From: Cyanobacteria bacterium auto_48_18
Lineage (GTDB): Bacteria > Cyanobacteriota > Vampirovibrionia > Obscuribacterales > Obscuribacteraceae
Reading direction: 5' to 3'
Assembly: GCA_036170915.1 (NCBI GenBank)
Contig: JAVHQC010000015.1
Coordinates: 96,001 to 160,000 of the forward strand
DNA length: 64,000 bases
Shown: positions 53,579-63,259 of the stretch, in pieces
How the letters are laid out: each line of letters starts with the position of its first letter
How positions within the stretch are numbered: the first letter of the stretch is position 1
Program-made: the position numbers and the translations under genes
Notes under the pieces: model-generated
Told to the model about the DNA's origin: nothing
Database searches by the model: none
The model's input: only the letters and a program-made list of their open reading frames with translations

Positions 53579-54281
53579 CTTCTGAAAGCTTTGCTTCCCA
53601 GTCGTCTAATTCCGATTGGTTGATTAGACCACGACGATTCGAGAGGTAAACCGCCCGGCACCTTTGATTGAATTCGGTTTCATGACCTTCACTGCGGCCA
53701 GGAATTCCCAGTTTGGCGTAAAGAGACTTCAATCTCGATTGTACGGCCTTTTCCGTCAGGTAGAGCTTTCTGGCGATAGCATGATCGGTCATACCTAAGG
53801 CAATGCAAATAAGTGCTTCGTATTCTGCCGGTGTCAGCGATGTGGCCCGATTTTGCGTTCTTTGAATTACCCGGGCAATACCAGGGTGCACCCAGCAATC
53901 GCCTGAAAGCACGGCTTTAGCTGCTTCCACTACTTGTTCGTCTGAAGCGCTTTTTAAAACATAACCAAAGGCGCCGTTGGGTGGCACCACTTTCCATAAC
54001 TGTCTGACATAAACTTCGTCTGAAAAATTAGACAGGATAATTACGCCGGTTTCTGGCAATTGTTTGAGGATTTGTTCTGCTGCTTTGATACCCGAGAGTT
54101 GCGGCATTTTGATATCGAGGAAAACCAGTTGTGGTTTATATTTCTGACTCAGTTCAACGGCTTCCAGTCCGTCGTGGCCTTCGTAAATCGGCCCGGCGTG
54201 AACTGCTCCGAGATTTTGCGTGAGCAAATTCTTCAGCCAGATGCGATCTCTTTCTTCGTCGTCGACAATCAATATAGTCAT
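53565..54281 (-). CDS. NarL/LuxR-family response regulator
   Basis: ILIVDD, LDIKMP and GYVLK motifs; LTPAEYEAL...IARKLYLTEKAV...LYAKLG HTH. Confidence 0.92.
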   Translation of the reverse strand: MTILIVDDEERDRIWLKNLLTQNLGAVHAGPIYEGHDGLEAVELSQKYKPQLVFLDIKMPQLSGIKAAEQILKQLPETGVIILSNFSDEVYVRQLWKVVPPNGAFGYVLKSASDEQVVEAAKAVLSGDCWVHPGIARVIQRTQNRATSLTPAEYEALICIALGMTDHAIARKLYLTEKAVQSRLKSLYAKLGIPGRSEGHETEFNQRCRAVYLSNRRGLINQSELDDWEAKLSEGAPT

Positions 54282-54290
54282 AGCAGGGGC

Positions 54291-56309
54291 TTATTTATCC
54301 TCTTTTAGAATTGGAATGGACAGGCTGACCTGGGTACCGGTATCAAAACCTTCTGGTTTTCTCCACTCAACGTTGGCGCCGATCAGTTGCGCTCGTTGTC
54401 TGATGTTAACTAATCCGTGTGCATCTTTGCGGATGCTATTGAAGTCGATGCCTTTTCCATTGTCTATTATGGTTATAACAAGATTGTCTCCCTGTGCGCC
54501 GATTGTCAGTTTGACCGAGTTGGCGTGGGCGTGTTTTTGCACGTTGTTCAATGATTCTTGAACAATGCGATAGAGCTGAAGCCGGGTGAAATTATTGAAA
54601 CCGTAATCATCTTGACCGTCGCCATCAAGAAAATCTACGTGTATAAGTTTTTCGCGAGCGAGAATGTGCAATAGATTTTCCAGCGCCGGTTTGAAACCCA
54701 TGGTCTCCAAAACCGACGGATGCAAATCGTTTATTACCCGACGCATTTCTGAAATGGCACCATCCAGTTTTTCACGCATCTCTAAAGGCACAGGGTTGTC
54801 GGTCATGTCATGGGCCAGCCTGTCAGCCATGCGGGCTACTGAAGATAATGCCGGCAATGTTTCATCGTGCAAATCTTCAGCAATGCGTTGGCGTTCTTCT
54901 TCGGCGCGCACCTGCATGTTCTCGCGAGCGAGAGCCAATTCTTTGTTGCGCAAACGCAAGTCGGTATCAAGATAAATAAGAGTGCCAAAAATATAAGTCA
55001 GCATTAGCACCGCCAGCAGTGGCAATACGGGAAACTGCAAATTGAACCACTGGAAAGCAATTTGAGTGAGCAGCATCAGTACCATGGCGGTGCTTAGAAA
55101 AGCAGCCGTGCGCCGTCCCATTGGTAGTGCCGAGGCCACAGTGCCTAAAGCAGCGCCGAGCAGTAGTAAAATGTGGTGCAAAATTGAGCGCGGAAAAGAG
55201 ACAATTGCTTCGTTATTGTGCAATGTGCTGATTGCTTCCGCTTGAATTAAAGCGTTAGGAGCTTTAGCTTGCAAGGGCGTGCGTACTGGTGGTGTATTGT
55301 CTACTTTTTGACTGAAATTGGTGCCGATCATCACCACTTTCCCCGCAAAAACAAAAGGCTTTACTTCTTCTCTAATAACTTGCGAAATTTTATAGGTAGG
55401 ATATTTCGTACCGGAAAACTTGATATAGATAGGCAATTCATCTTTAGAGAAAGAAGAAATTTGCGCTTTCGATGGCCCTACTCCAACGCGCGATGACATC
55501 AGGGGCGCCACCACTTCCGGCAGTGATTCGAATGCTTCGCCTGAAGCCGAGAGACCACGAGTATATTCGACCAATCCTTGAGGCAAAACATCGAGAGCTG
55601 GTGTAATGCCCGGTTCGGGTAAATGAGCCCGGGGCTCTGTACCGCTTTCTTGCCGGTCGCTGGGCATGAAAATATTGGCTGAAATGGGCATGCGGCAAAC
55701 TAGCCCGCTGGGCTCTTTGATCAAATGATCATAAGCACAGGTGAGCACGCTTTTGCGCAACTCACTGGAGGGGAAATCATTGGGATTATCCAGATTGCCC
55801 GAAAGAGCCAGAACTATATTGTTGCGATATTGCTTGAGAGCCTTGACCAGCGCCGGATCTGCTTTCCCGCTCAAATCGATATCAAGTACTATCAATAACG
55901 GATTGCCTGATTCAATCAGGGGAATTAGTTTGGCCAACACCGCCTGTACGGGCTGGGGGCCGCCTTCCACCGCTTCCCCCTCTAAATCGAACTGGTCATC
56001 GTCATCATATGTAAGGATGGCAATATCTTGCGCACGCGCTCCTGTACCACCCCAGGCGGGCGCCACCATCTGAATGGTGCGAGCAAGCTCGTAACCGGTC
56101 TTATAGCGCCACTCTAGGAGGTTCATTTCCATTGTGTCGAGCACTGGTGACTCCGCCAGAAGGATGGTTGCCAATGCGCCTGCGGCGGCCCCCCAGGTCA
56201 ATCTTTGAAAGAGCAAACCATCACGCTTTAGTGCTGATGGTCCAGGAGCTCTAATTAGGCTAAGCCGCATCGCTTTCCTCGAAACAAAATACAAATGATT
56301 TTGCTTCAA
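54291..56309 (-). CDS. CHASE2-domain sensor histidine kinase (HisKA_3 type)
   Basis: Extracytoplasmic CHASE2-like region (FAGKVVMIG...TP) followed by three TMs; EEERQRIAEDLHD, YRIVQESLNNVQKHA and DNGKG motifs. Start uncertain. Confidence 0.87.
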   Translation of the reverse strand: MKQNHLYFVSRKAMRLSLIRAPGPSALKRDGLLFQRLTWGAAAGALATILLAESPVLDTMEMNLLEWRYKTGYELARTIQMVAPAWGGTGARAQDIAILTYDDDDQFDLEGEAVEGGPQPVQAVLAKLIPLIESGNPLLIVLDIDLSGKADPALVKALKQYRNNIVLALSGNLDNPNDFPSSELRKSVLTCAYDHLIKEPSGLVCRMPISANIFMPSDRQESGTEPRAHLPEPGITPALDVLPQGLVEYTRGLSASGEAFESLPEVVAPLMSSRVGVGPSKAQISSFSKDELPIYIKFSGTKYPTYKISQVIREEVKPFVFAGKVVMIGTNFSQKVDNTPPVRTPLQAKAPNALIQAEAISTLHNNEAIVSFPRSILHHILLLLGAALGTVASALPMGRRTAAFLSTAMVLMLLTQIAFQWFNLQFPVLPLLAVLMLTYIFGTLIYLDTDLRLRNKELALARENMQVRAEEERQRIAEDLHDETLPALSSVARMADRLAHDMTDNPVPLEMREKLDGAISEMRRVINDLHPSVLETMGFKPALENLLHILAREKLIHVDFLDGDGQDDYGFNNFTRLQLYRIVQESLNNVQKHAHANSVKLTIGAQGDNLVITIIDNGKGIDFNSIRKDAHGLVNIRQRAQLIGANVEWRKPEGFDTGTQVSLSIPILKEDK

Positions 56310-56564
56310 GAGTAGTCTAGCCTGCCTGGCTTGGCAAATATCTAGGAAAAAGCCTGAGTTTAGGTGACTGAAGAAGCTTTAGTGTGAATTAGCGCCAATA
56401 AGTCGTGTCTCAGTGTTTACCCTGAATAATGCGGTGGCTATACCCCAGATAAGCATGGTGGCTTGCCCGGCCGAAATTGCTGCGCCAAGCAGCTAAATTG
56501 AGGTCAGGCCAGGAAACACATTTGCCATTCGAAAACGTCGGCCTTAACTGAGCGAGAAACCATC

Positions 56565-59069
56565 ATGCGATTGCAACCTCTACTTTTAACTCTGGGTCTG
56601 GCGGCCTCGCTTGTCTTAGCGCCCCAGGCCAATGCTGCAGGCTTCCTCATTATTGACCCGGCTTTCAGCCCGGGCGGCAGAGTAAGTATGCCTACGCCAA
56701 TGCCTGTACCAAGACCAATTACACCTGGCGGCCATACACCGATTCGGCCGGTTCGCCCTCCAGGTGGCGTTTTGATTCCTATTATTGACCCGCGCCGTCC
56801 CACCCCGAGGCCTAACCCCCGGCCGGTTTTGAAAGGCGGCGTTACTCATGGTCTGCACTTGCAGGCGCAAGATATCAAAGTTGATATTACGGAACAGGTT
56901 GCAAAAACGTATATCACTCAGACATTCGCCAACGATACTGACCAAAATTTGGCTGGTACCTATTTATTTCCTTTGCCTGAAGACACCACATTTTCAAGTT
57001 TTTCATTGCATATTGATGGCAAACCGGTTGAGGGAAAAATATTGGCGGCTGATGAGGCCAGATCACAATATGAGGCCATTGTAAGACAGATGGTCGACCC
57101 CGGATTGCTCGAGTATGCTGACTACAAAACTGTGCGCGCTAGAATTTTCCCTATTCCTGCTCACGGCACTAAAAAAGTTGAGCTTGAATATACTCAATTG
57201 CTGAAAGCGGAAAGCGGCCTGCTTAAATATCGCTTTCCTCTGAAGAGTGATGAAGAGGCCGCCGGAGCCATTGATGACACTAAAATTTCTGTCAAACTAA
57301 ACGGCAAGTCAGGCCTGCGTACCATCTGGTCGCCATCACATACGGTGACAGTAGACAGGCTGGAGAACAGCAGAGCGAAAGTGACATTTTCGGCTAAAGA
57401 CGCTGTACCTGACAAAGATTTCTTGCTCTATTACAGTGTCTCTGATAAAGACATGGCCGCCAGCGTGCTCAGTCATAAATTGGTGGGCGAAGACGGCTAT
57501 TTCTTATTGACCCTGGCGCCGCCGCTGAAAACTACTCAGGTTGTGGGTAAAGACATTGTGCTGGTGGCTGACACATCAGGCTCCATGCAAGGCGAAAAAA
57601 TGGAGCAATGCAAAAAAGCTCTGAAATATGTAGTCAATTCATTGGGCGCCGGCGACCGCTTCGGAGTGGTCAATTTCGGCACGGACGCTGAATCTTTCAG
57701 AAGTAATTTACTGGCCGCCACGCCAGAGAATAAAAAAGCGGCTGCCTCATTTATTGACGACATGGAAGCACGTGGCGGCACCAATATTGGTGACGCCTTG
57801 CACACAGGCATGTCTTTACTCAAAGAAGAGACTTTCAGACCTGCCTATTTGGTGATGATGACTGACGGTGAGCCCACTGTGGGCGAGACTTCGGTGGCGA
57901 ATATCTTGAAGCTGGCCAATTCTAAAAAAGACGTACGCATTTTCGATTTTGGTGTCGGTTACGACGTCAATACTCGTTTGCTTAACAAGCTTTCTGAAAT
58001 GCACCACGGTACATCACAGTATCTCGAGCCCAGCGAAAATCTAGAAACAGCCATGGCTGCCTTCTACGACAAAATCAAATCGCCTATGCTGTCTGACGTC
58101 ACCATTGCCTACAACGGTATCACTGTTAAAGATACCTATCCGCGTCAGGTCAAAGATATTTTTGCCGGTTCGCAATTGCAATTGCTTGGTCGCTATAAAG
58201 GCTCTGGCCAGGCCAATGTCGTCGTCAACGGCAAAATCAACGGCGTGGCAAAAGCTTTCTCCTTCCCCCTTAAATTTGAAGAGAGTGAAACCGGCCACGC
58301 CTTCCTCGGCAAACTCTGGGCCATGCGTCGAATCGGCTATCTGACTGAAGTAGCGCAAGAAAACGGAAACACCAAAGAAGTAGTTGATGAAATTGTCGCT
58401 CTCTCCAAAAAGCATGGCATCATCTCAGCTTTTACTTCTTTCTTAGCCACAGACCCTAATGAAAATCACCGATTGGCCATGAATAATGGTGTGGCCAGGC
58501 CCATGGAAGAATCATCTAGACCATCACGGGGAGTGTGGGACAGACCAGGCAGATCTGGCAACGATAGCGCCAAATCAGCCGGCGGTGGTGGTGCTTTTGG
58601 AGCTGCAAGCGGTATGCGTCAAGATCTAAGAAGAAGGGTAGCTATGGCTCCTGCTGCTTCAGCCGCGCCTCTAGGCTTTGCCGAAGGCATGTTCAATAAA
58701 GACAAAGAGCAAGCATTCAAAATGGAATCGCGCGATGAACTGCAGGCTCAATTGGCATCAGCACCAGCTTCTGGACGCATGGCCGTGGTGCGTGAGAAGA
58801 AGATTGCGCAAATGAAAAGTTCTTTAGAATACGACCGCAAATCTGATGCCCAGGGAGTCAAAACCGTAGACGAGAAAACCTTCTATTTGAAAAATGGATT
58901 CTGGACCGACGCCGACTACAAAAATGAGAAAGCGGAAGAAGTGCAGTTCGGCACTGACCGCTACTTCGCTCTCACTCGCAGTCTGCCCAATATGTCTCGC
59001 TATCTGGCAGTAGGCAAACAGGTGATTGTTGTCGTTAAAGGGCATGCCTACAAAATAGTAGCAAGCTAA
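56565..59069 (+). CDS. Exported VIT + vWA domain protein (inter-alpha-trypsin inhibitor-like)
   Basis: Signal peptide; VIT (YLFPLP, DPGLLEY); vWA MIDAS DTSGSM, GGTNI and TDG; KLWA..RI motif. Confidence 0.9.
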   Translation: MRLQPLLLTLGLAASLVLAPQANAAGFLIIDPAFSPGGRVSMPTPMPVPRPITPGGHTPIRPVRPPGGVLIPIIDPRRPTPRPNPRPVLKGGVTHGLHLQAQDIKVDITEQVAKTYITQTFANDTDQNLAGTYLFPLPEDTTFSSFSLHIDGKPVEGKILAADEARSQYEAIVRQMVDPGLLEYADYKTVRARIFPIPAHGTKKVELEYTQLLKAESGLLKYRFPLKSDEEAAGAIDDTKISVKLNGKSGLRTIWSPSHTVTVDRLENSRAKVTFSAKDAVPDKDFLLYYSVSDKDMAASVLSHKLVGEDGYFLLTLAPPLKTTQVVGKDIVLVADTSGSMQGEKMEQCKKALKYVVNSLGAGDRFGVVNFGTDAESFRSNLLAATPENKKAAASFIDDMEARGGTNIGDALHTGMSLLKEETFRPAYLVMMTDGEPTVGETSVANILKLANSKKDVRIFDFGVGYDVNTRLLNKLSEMHHGTSQYLEPSENLETAMAAFYDKIKSPMLSDVTIAYNGITVKDTYPRQVKDIFAGSQLQLLGRYKGSGQANVVVNGKINGVAKAFSFPLKFEESETGHAFLGKLWAMRRIGYLTEVAQENGNTKEVVDEIVALSKKHGIISAFTSFLATDPNENHRLAMNNGVARPMEESSRPSRGVWDRPGRSGNDSAKSAGGGGAFGAASGMRQDLRRRVAMAPAASAAPLGFAEGMFNKDKEQAFKMESRDELQAQLASAPASGRMAVVREKKIAQMKSSLEYDRKSDAQGVKTVDEKTFYLKNGFWTDADYKNEKAEEVQFGTDRYFALTRSLPNMSRYLAVGKQVIVVVKGHAYKIVAS

Positions 59070-59117
59070 AAAATAGCACCAGGCGAGCAAGGCAAAACTT
59101 CATTCGCGAGATGAAGT

Positions 59118-59159
59118 TAAACAGAAGGAGAGAGGTTTCGACCTTTCTCCTTCTGTTTA
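59118..59159. terminator. Strong hairpin between convergent genes (probable bidirectional terminator)
   Basis: TAAACAGAAGGAGAGAGGT-TTCG-ACCTTTCTCCTTCTGTTTA; about 19-bp stem with a UUCG loop. Confidence 0.75.
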
Positions 59160-59174
59160 GGTAGTGAGTAATTC

Positions 59175-59618
59175 CTATTGTTTCCTGTTGCTGATGTGCA
59201 CAATTTCTAGATCGTGCTTTCTGATTCTTTCGGTAAGCCGCTCGTTGCTAACGACTTTTGGTAGATACCAAATATCAATTTGCTGGGGCGGATGCACTTT
59301 CGAAGAGCCATGCGGAACACTTAGCGTCGGCAGGCGAACAATTTTAACTCCGCGCATCTTCAATAAATAACGCTGCAGTGTTTTTAAACAGGCCGGACAG
59401 CGAGGGTCTTGCACTTTCACTGTCAAGCAATGCATCGGACCGGCGTAAGAGCGTGCAGAAGATTTTTCGTTTGCCAGCGCGGCGCCAGAAGTCACAGAAA
59501 TCATAAGAGTCAGTGTGAGCAGACAAACTGTTGCAAATTTTGCTTTCCGATTGGAAGTATTCAAATATTGTAAATTCCGGGATAAGAGGGGGTTAATGAC
59601 ACTGCCGGAGAATTGCAT
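59175..59618 (-). CDS. Exported heavy-metal-associated (HMA) domain protein
   Basis: Signal-like segment, then LTVKV...CPAC...L..MRGV ferredoxin-like HMA pattern. Start uncertain. Confidence 0.6.
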   Translation of the reverse strand: MQFSGSVINPLLSRNLQYLNTSNRKAKFATVCLLTLTLMISVTSGAALANEKSSARSYAGPMHCLTVKVQDPRCPACLKTLQRYLLKMRGVKIVRLPTLSVPHGSSKVHPPQQIDIWYLPKVVSNERLTERIRKHDLEIVHISNRKQ

Positions 59619-59807
59619 ATTGCTACCTGTAAGTCTTTTTATGAATATCTGAAAAGGCTTTGATAATCGGCTATAGGCGACGAAAGGTAAACTCTGTGAC
59701 CTTCTTTGTTAGGAGTGTGTTTTTAACTGAAAATATTATGGTCCACATCCTCTACAGGTTGCTATGATCAACCCAGAACAGCCCATTGCACGGGGACTCA
59801 GGCATCT

Positions 59808-61784
59808 ATGCACACACTAGTGAAGCCAACCACTATTTTTCTAGATGCGGTGGTCACACCGTCTGAACTGAAGAATTTTAGCGCTGAAGAGCTTAACAGT
59901 CTCGCCTTTGAAATCAGGCAAGAAATTGTCTCTAACCTCGCAAAAACCGGTGGGCACCTGGCTTCAAATCTAGGCGTAGTTGAAATCACTATCGCCATGC
60001 ACAAAGTTTTTGATTCGCCCCAAGATTTGTTTCTCTGGGATGTTGGGCACCAGGCCTATGTTCATAAGATGCTTACCGGTCGCCGCGATCAGTTTGATAC
60101 TTTGCGACAGTACAAAGGGCTAAGCGGTTTTATCAATCCTGCTGAAAGTGAGCATGACGCTTTTGTCGCCGGCCATAGTTCTACCTCTATTTCGCTTGCA
60201 GTGGGAATGGCTCTGGCCAAAGCCCATCTCAAGCAAAAAGGCAAAGTAGTGGCGGTGATTGGCGACGGTGGTCTGACTGGTGGAATGGCTCTGGAAGCCA
60301 TAAATCATCTGGGTCATATTCAAAAAGATGTGATCATCATTCTCAATGACAATGAAATGTCAATTTCAGAGAATGTTGGTGGTCTGACCAAATACATGAA
60401 GCGCATCAAAGAGACGTTCTTCTACAAAGACATCAAACAGAAAATCGATTTTATTGAAGATAAGTTAGATCAAGCCAAACTCAATCCGGCTGTTTGGGAT
60501 TTGATTGAAATGGTGAAGAAGCAGGCCAAAGACCGCTTTGAGACACCAGGCATAGTCTTTGAAAAACTGGGCATCAATTATTCTGGACCAGTAGACGGTC
60601 ACGATATCGGTGCTGTTATCAACGCGTTGAATAATGCTAAAGCAAAATCGACACCGCAAATCATTCACCTGATTACGCAAAAAGGTAAAGGCTACGCGCC
60701 TGCTGAGGCTGATTCAATCAAATATCACGGTGTTCCTGCCTTTGCTCTCGAGCCGGCATTAACTGATGTGGTAGAACCTATCGGTGCTGAAAAGAAACCG
60801 AAGCCAAAAACTTATTCTGATATTTTCACTCAAACTCTAATCGAGCTTGCGGCTCTAGAACCTAATCTGGTAGCCATTACACCTGCTACGGCGGAAGGCA
60901 GCGGATTGGTAAAATTCGGCAAAGCTTATCCTGATAGATTTTTTGATGTGGCAATTTGCGAACAGCATGCTGTCACCATGGCTGGTGGCATGGCCAAAGT
61001 TGGTCTTAAGCCAGTGGTTTCCATCTATTCCACTTTCTTGCAACGGGCTATGGATCAACTGGTTCATGACGTGGCCATTATGAATTTGCCAGTGCTCTTC
61101 GGTATCGACCGCGGTGGCCTGGTGGAAGACGGTGAGACTCACCAGGGTGTCTTCGATATCGCCTGGCTCAGAGCTGTTCCTAATGTCAAAGTCTGGGCGC
61201 CTAAAGACGCTCTTGAGCTGCGCAATATGGTCTATACGGCGATTAAGCAAAGTAATGGTCCTGTGGCCATTCGCTTCCCTCGTGAAAAAGCCATAAATGC
61301 CTCTGTGCTTGAAGGCACGGTGCCGCCCTTCTGCGAAATCGAACCCTCTACCTGGGAAGTTGCCGTTGAAGGCGACAAATCGACAGGTTTGTACGTGCTG
61401 GCCACAGGTGCCATGGTTGAGACCGCTAAAATCGCACTGGCCGCTATGGCAGAAGCAGATCCTTGCGGCATCAAGCCAACACTCATTAACGCTCGCAGTA
61501 TTAAACCACTCGATGAAACTTTACTGGCACCGCTGATGAGTCAGCCACAAGCTCGCATCCTCACTCTTGAAGAAGGTGTTTTGACCGGCGGCTTTGGTGC
61601 CGCTGTGCTCGAGTACAGCGCACGACTGCGTTTGAGTAAACCGGGTGCCCGACTGGCTGAAATTGCTTGTGTGGGCATTGACGATCATTTTGTGGAGCAC
61701 GGCGCTCGACCAATTCTGCTTGATCGAGTGGGGCTATCAGTGGAAAAAATAACTGAGACCATGAATCAGTTCTTTAAGGCCTGA
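59808..61784 (+). CDS. dxs: 1-deoxy-D-xylulose-5-phosphate synthase
   Basis: GGHLASNLG, WDVGHQ, GHSSTS, IGDG, NDNEMSI, GPVDGH, AICEQH, IYSTFLQR and DRGGLV..G.THQG motifs. Confidence 0.96.
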   Translation: MHTLVKPTTIFLDAVVTPSELKNFSAEELNSLAFEIRQEIVSNLAKTGGHLASNLGVVEITIAMHKVFDSPQDLFLWDVGHQAYVHKMLTGRRDQFDTLRQYKGLSGFINPAESEHDAFVAGHSSTSISLAVGMALAKAHLKQKGKVVAVIGDGGLTGGMALEAINHLGHIQKDVIIILNDNEMSISENVGGLTKYMKRIKETFFYKDIKQKIDFIEDKLDQAKLNPAVWDLIEMVKKQAKDRFETPGIVFEKLGINYSGPVDGHDIGAVINALNNAKAKSTPQIIHLITQKGKGYAPAEADSIKYHGVPAFALEPALTDVVEPIGAEKKPKPKTYSDIFTQTLIELAALEPNLVAITPATAEGSGLVKFGKAYPDRFFDVAICEQHAVTMAGGMAKVGLKPVVSIYSTFLQRAMDQLVHDVAIMNLPVLFGIDRGGLVEDGETHQGVFDIAWLRAVPNVKVWAPKDALELRNMVYTAIKQSNGPVAIRFPREKAINASVLEGTVPPFCEIEPSTWEVAVEGDKSTGLYVLATGAMVETAKIALAAMAEADPCGIKPTLINARSIKPLDETLLAPLMSQPQARILTLEEGVLTGGFGAAVLEYSARLRLSKPGARLAEIACVGIDDHFVEHGARPILLDRVGLSVEKITETMNQFFKA

Positions 61785-61815
61785 AATTATTTAGCAGCTT
61801 AAATCTTGGTCTACT

Positions 61816-62412
61816 TTAGATTTCTCTACGGCCTTCCATGGCCCGGGTGAGCGTGATTTCGTCTGCATATTCAAGGTCTGAGCCCATGGGCAGACCAAAG
61901 GCAATACGCGTCACTTTGATTGATAAAGGTTTGAGAAAACTACTTATATAAAGAACAGTGGCATCGCCTTCAATAGTCGGATTAATGGCGAGGATAACTT
62001 CTTTAGCACCGTCGTTGTGAGCGCGATTGATCAGTTCGCGAATACGTAACTGCTCAGGTCCGCGCCCTTCCAGTGGCGAAATTAACCCGCTTAAGACGTG
62101 GTAATAGCCTCGATACTCGCGAGTTTTCTCTAGCGCGATTACATCGCGGCTGTCTGCCACCACGCAGATCATGCTGCTGTCGCGCTTGATATTAGAGCAA
62201 ATTTCGCACGGATCGTCAGCTGAGAGGTGGAAGCATTTGCCGCAGTGCTTAACTTTGTCTTTTGCTTCCACCACCACGCCGGCAAACTTACCCACGTCTT
62301 CTGTACTCATGTTGAGTACGAAGAAAGCCATGCGCTGAGCGGATTTCGGCCCCACTCCGGGAAATTTTTGGAATTCTTCAATCAACCGCGCCAGTGGCGG
62401 GGTAAAGTACAT
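61816..62412 (-). CDS. recR: Recombination mediator RecR
   Basis: [14 protein letters not shown]4 Zn finger, YHVL.G.ISP, TOPRIM EVILA..PTIEG and G.DLEYAD motifs. Confidence 0.97.
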   Translation of the reverse strand: MYFTPPLARLIEEFQKFPGVGPKSAQRMAFFVLNMSTEDVGKFAGVVVEAKDKVKHCGKCFHLSADDPCEICSNIKRDSSMICVVADSRDVIALEKTREYRGYYHVLSGLISPLEGRGPEQLRIRELINRAHNDGAKEVILAINPTIEGDATVLYISSFLKPLSIKVTRIAFGLPMGSDLEYADEITLTRAMEGRREI

Positions 62413-62420
62413 TTGGTCTC

Positions 62421-62747
62421 CTAGAAGCCCAATCCAAGGCCTGGTGGAAGGTTCACGCCTTTCATCGAATTCTGCATTTTGCTTTCGCCCATTTGTTGAG
62501 CTTTCTTCGTAGCATCATTGATGGCTGTGAGAATCAGGTCTTCCAGCATTCCCATGTCGCTTGTATCTACAGCTTCAGGTTTGATTTTAACTGCTTGAAA
62601 TTGAAAGTTGCCTGAGCAAACTACGGTGACCACGCCACCGCCGGCTGTGCCTTCTACTGTGGCTTTAGCCAGTTCGTCTTGAGCTTTGAGAAGCTCTTGC
62701 TGAGCTTTTTGCACCGAACGCATCATGTCTTGCATATTGGGTTGCAT
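62421..62747 (-). CDS. ybaB: YbaB/EbfC nucleoid-associated protein
   Basis: [12 protein letters not shown] and [12 protein letters not shown] motifs; upstream of recR. Confidence 0.95.
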   Translation of the reverse strand: MQPNMQDMMRSVQKAQQELLKAQDELAKATVEGTAGGGVVTVVCSGNFQFQAVKIKPEAVDTSDMGMLEDLILTAINDATKKAQQMGESKMQNSMKGVNLPPGLGLGF

Positions 62748-63044
62748 AATATTCTTACGATTCTCCCGAGTTTATAAATTTGGATTTTGCTATAGAACTT
62801 GAATTATCTCATCGACAGCGCTGAAAAGCACTTGGTCTAGCGGGTAAAGCCTGCAGTAAATGTTTCTTAAGGCTTTCGGTTGTACCGCTTTGGATCCGTT
62901 ATCTATTACATATACTGGAACGTCATCAGCAGAGGTCTCGGCTATACGGCTGTCAAGGCGCACCCACGCATGCCATGGCGAGTAGAAATAGGATCTTTGA
63001 CAGGCATCTTTTCAATGTTGATTTAGATATTTGGGGTAATTTTA

Positions 63045-63221
63045 ATGCAAGACTTTGAAACACAAGCAGACGACTCAGAAGTCAGCACTTCTGATGAAAC
63101 TGTGTCAGAGCGCTCGAAAGACGCCTTCCGCAATATTCTCAAGCGCTTCATTCTTTTGGTTTCTTTTGGACCAGGCGTGCTTGGTTTTCTCTGGTTGGTA
63201 GGACGCATCGTTAGACGCTAG
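63045..63221 (+). CDS. Small tail-anchored membrane protein (58 aa)
   Basis: GGGG RBS; MQDFETQADDSEVSTSDETVSERSKDAFRNILKRFILLVSFGPGVLGFLWLVGRIVRR*; not in the track. Confidence 0.55.
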   Translation: MQDFETQADDSEVSTSDETVSERSKDAFRNILKRFILLVSFGPGVLGFLWLVGRIVRR

Positions 63222-63259
63222 TGAACCAATTGAAAGAAGTGTCCTGGAAATCTCTGGCT

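Noticed and set aside
56500..56560. c-di-GMP-I riboswitch-like CCATTCGAAA upstream of the VIT-vWA gene
   Set aside because: The pairing partner and the other conserved GEMM elements are missing.
62748..63044. Possible structured ncRNA near ybaB-recR (CTGTCAAGG...CTTTGACAG stem)
   Set aside because: No recognisable tRNA, SRP, 6S, tmRNA or riboswitch motif by eye; an Rfam/Infernal scan would be needed.
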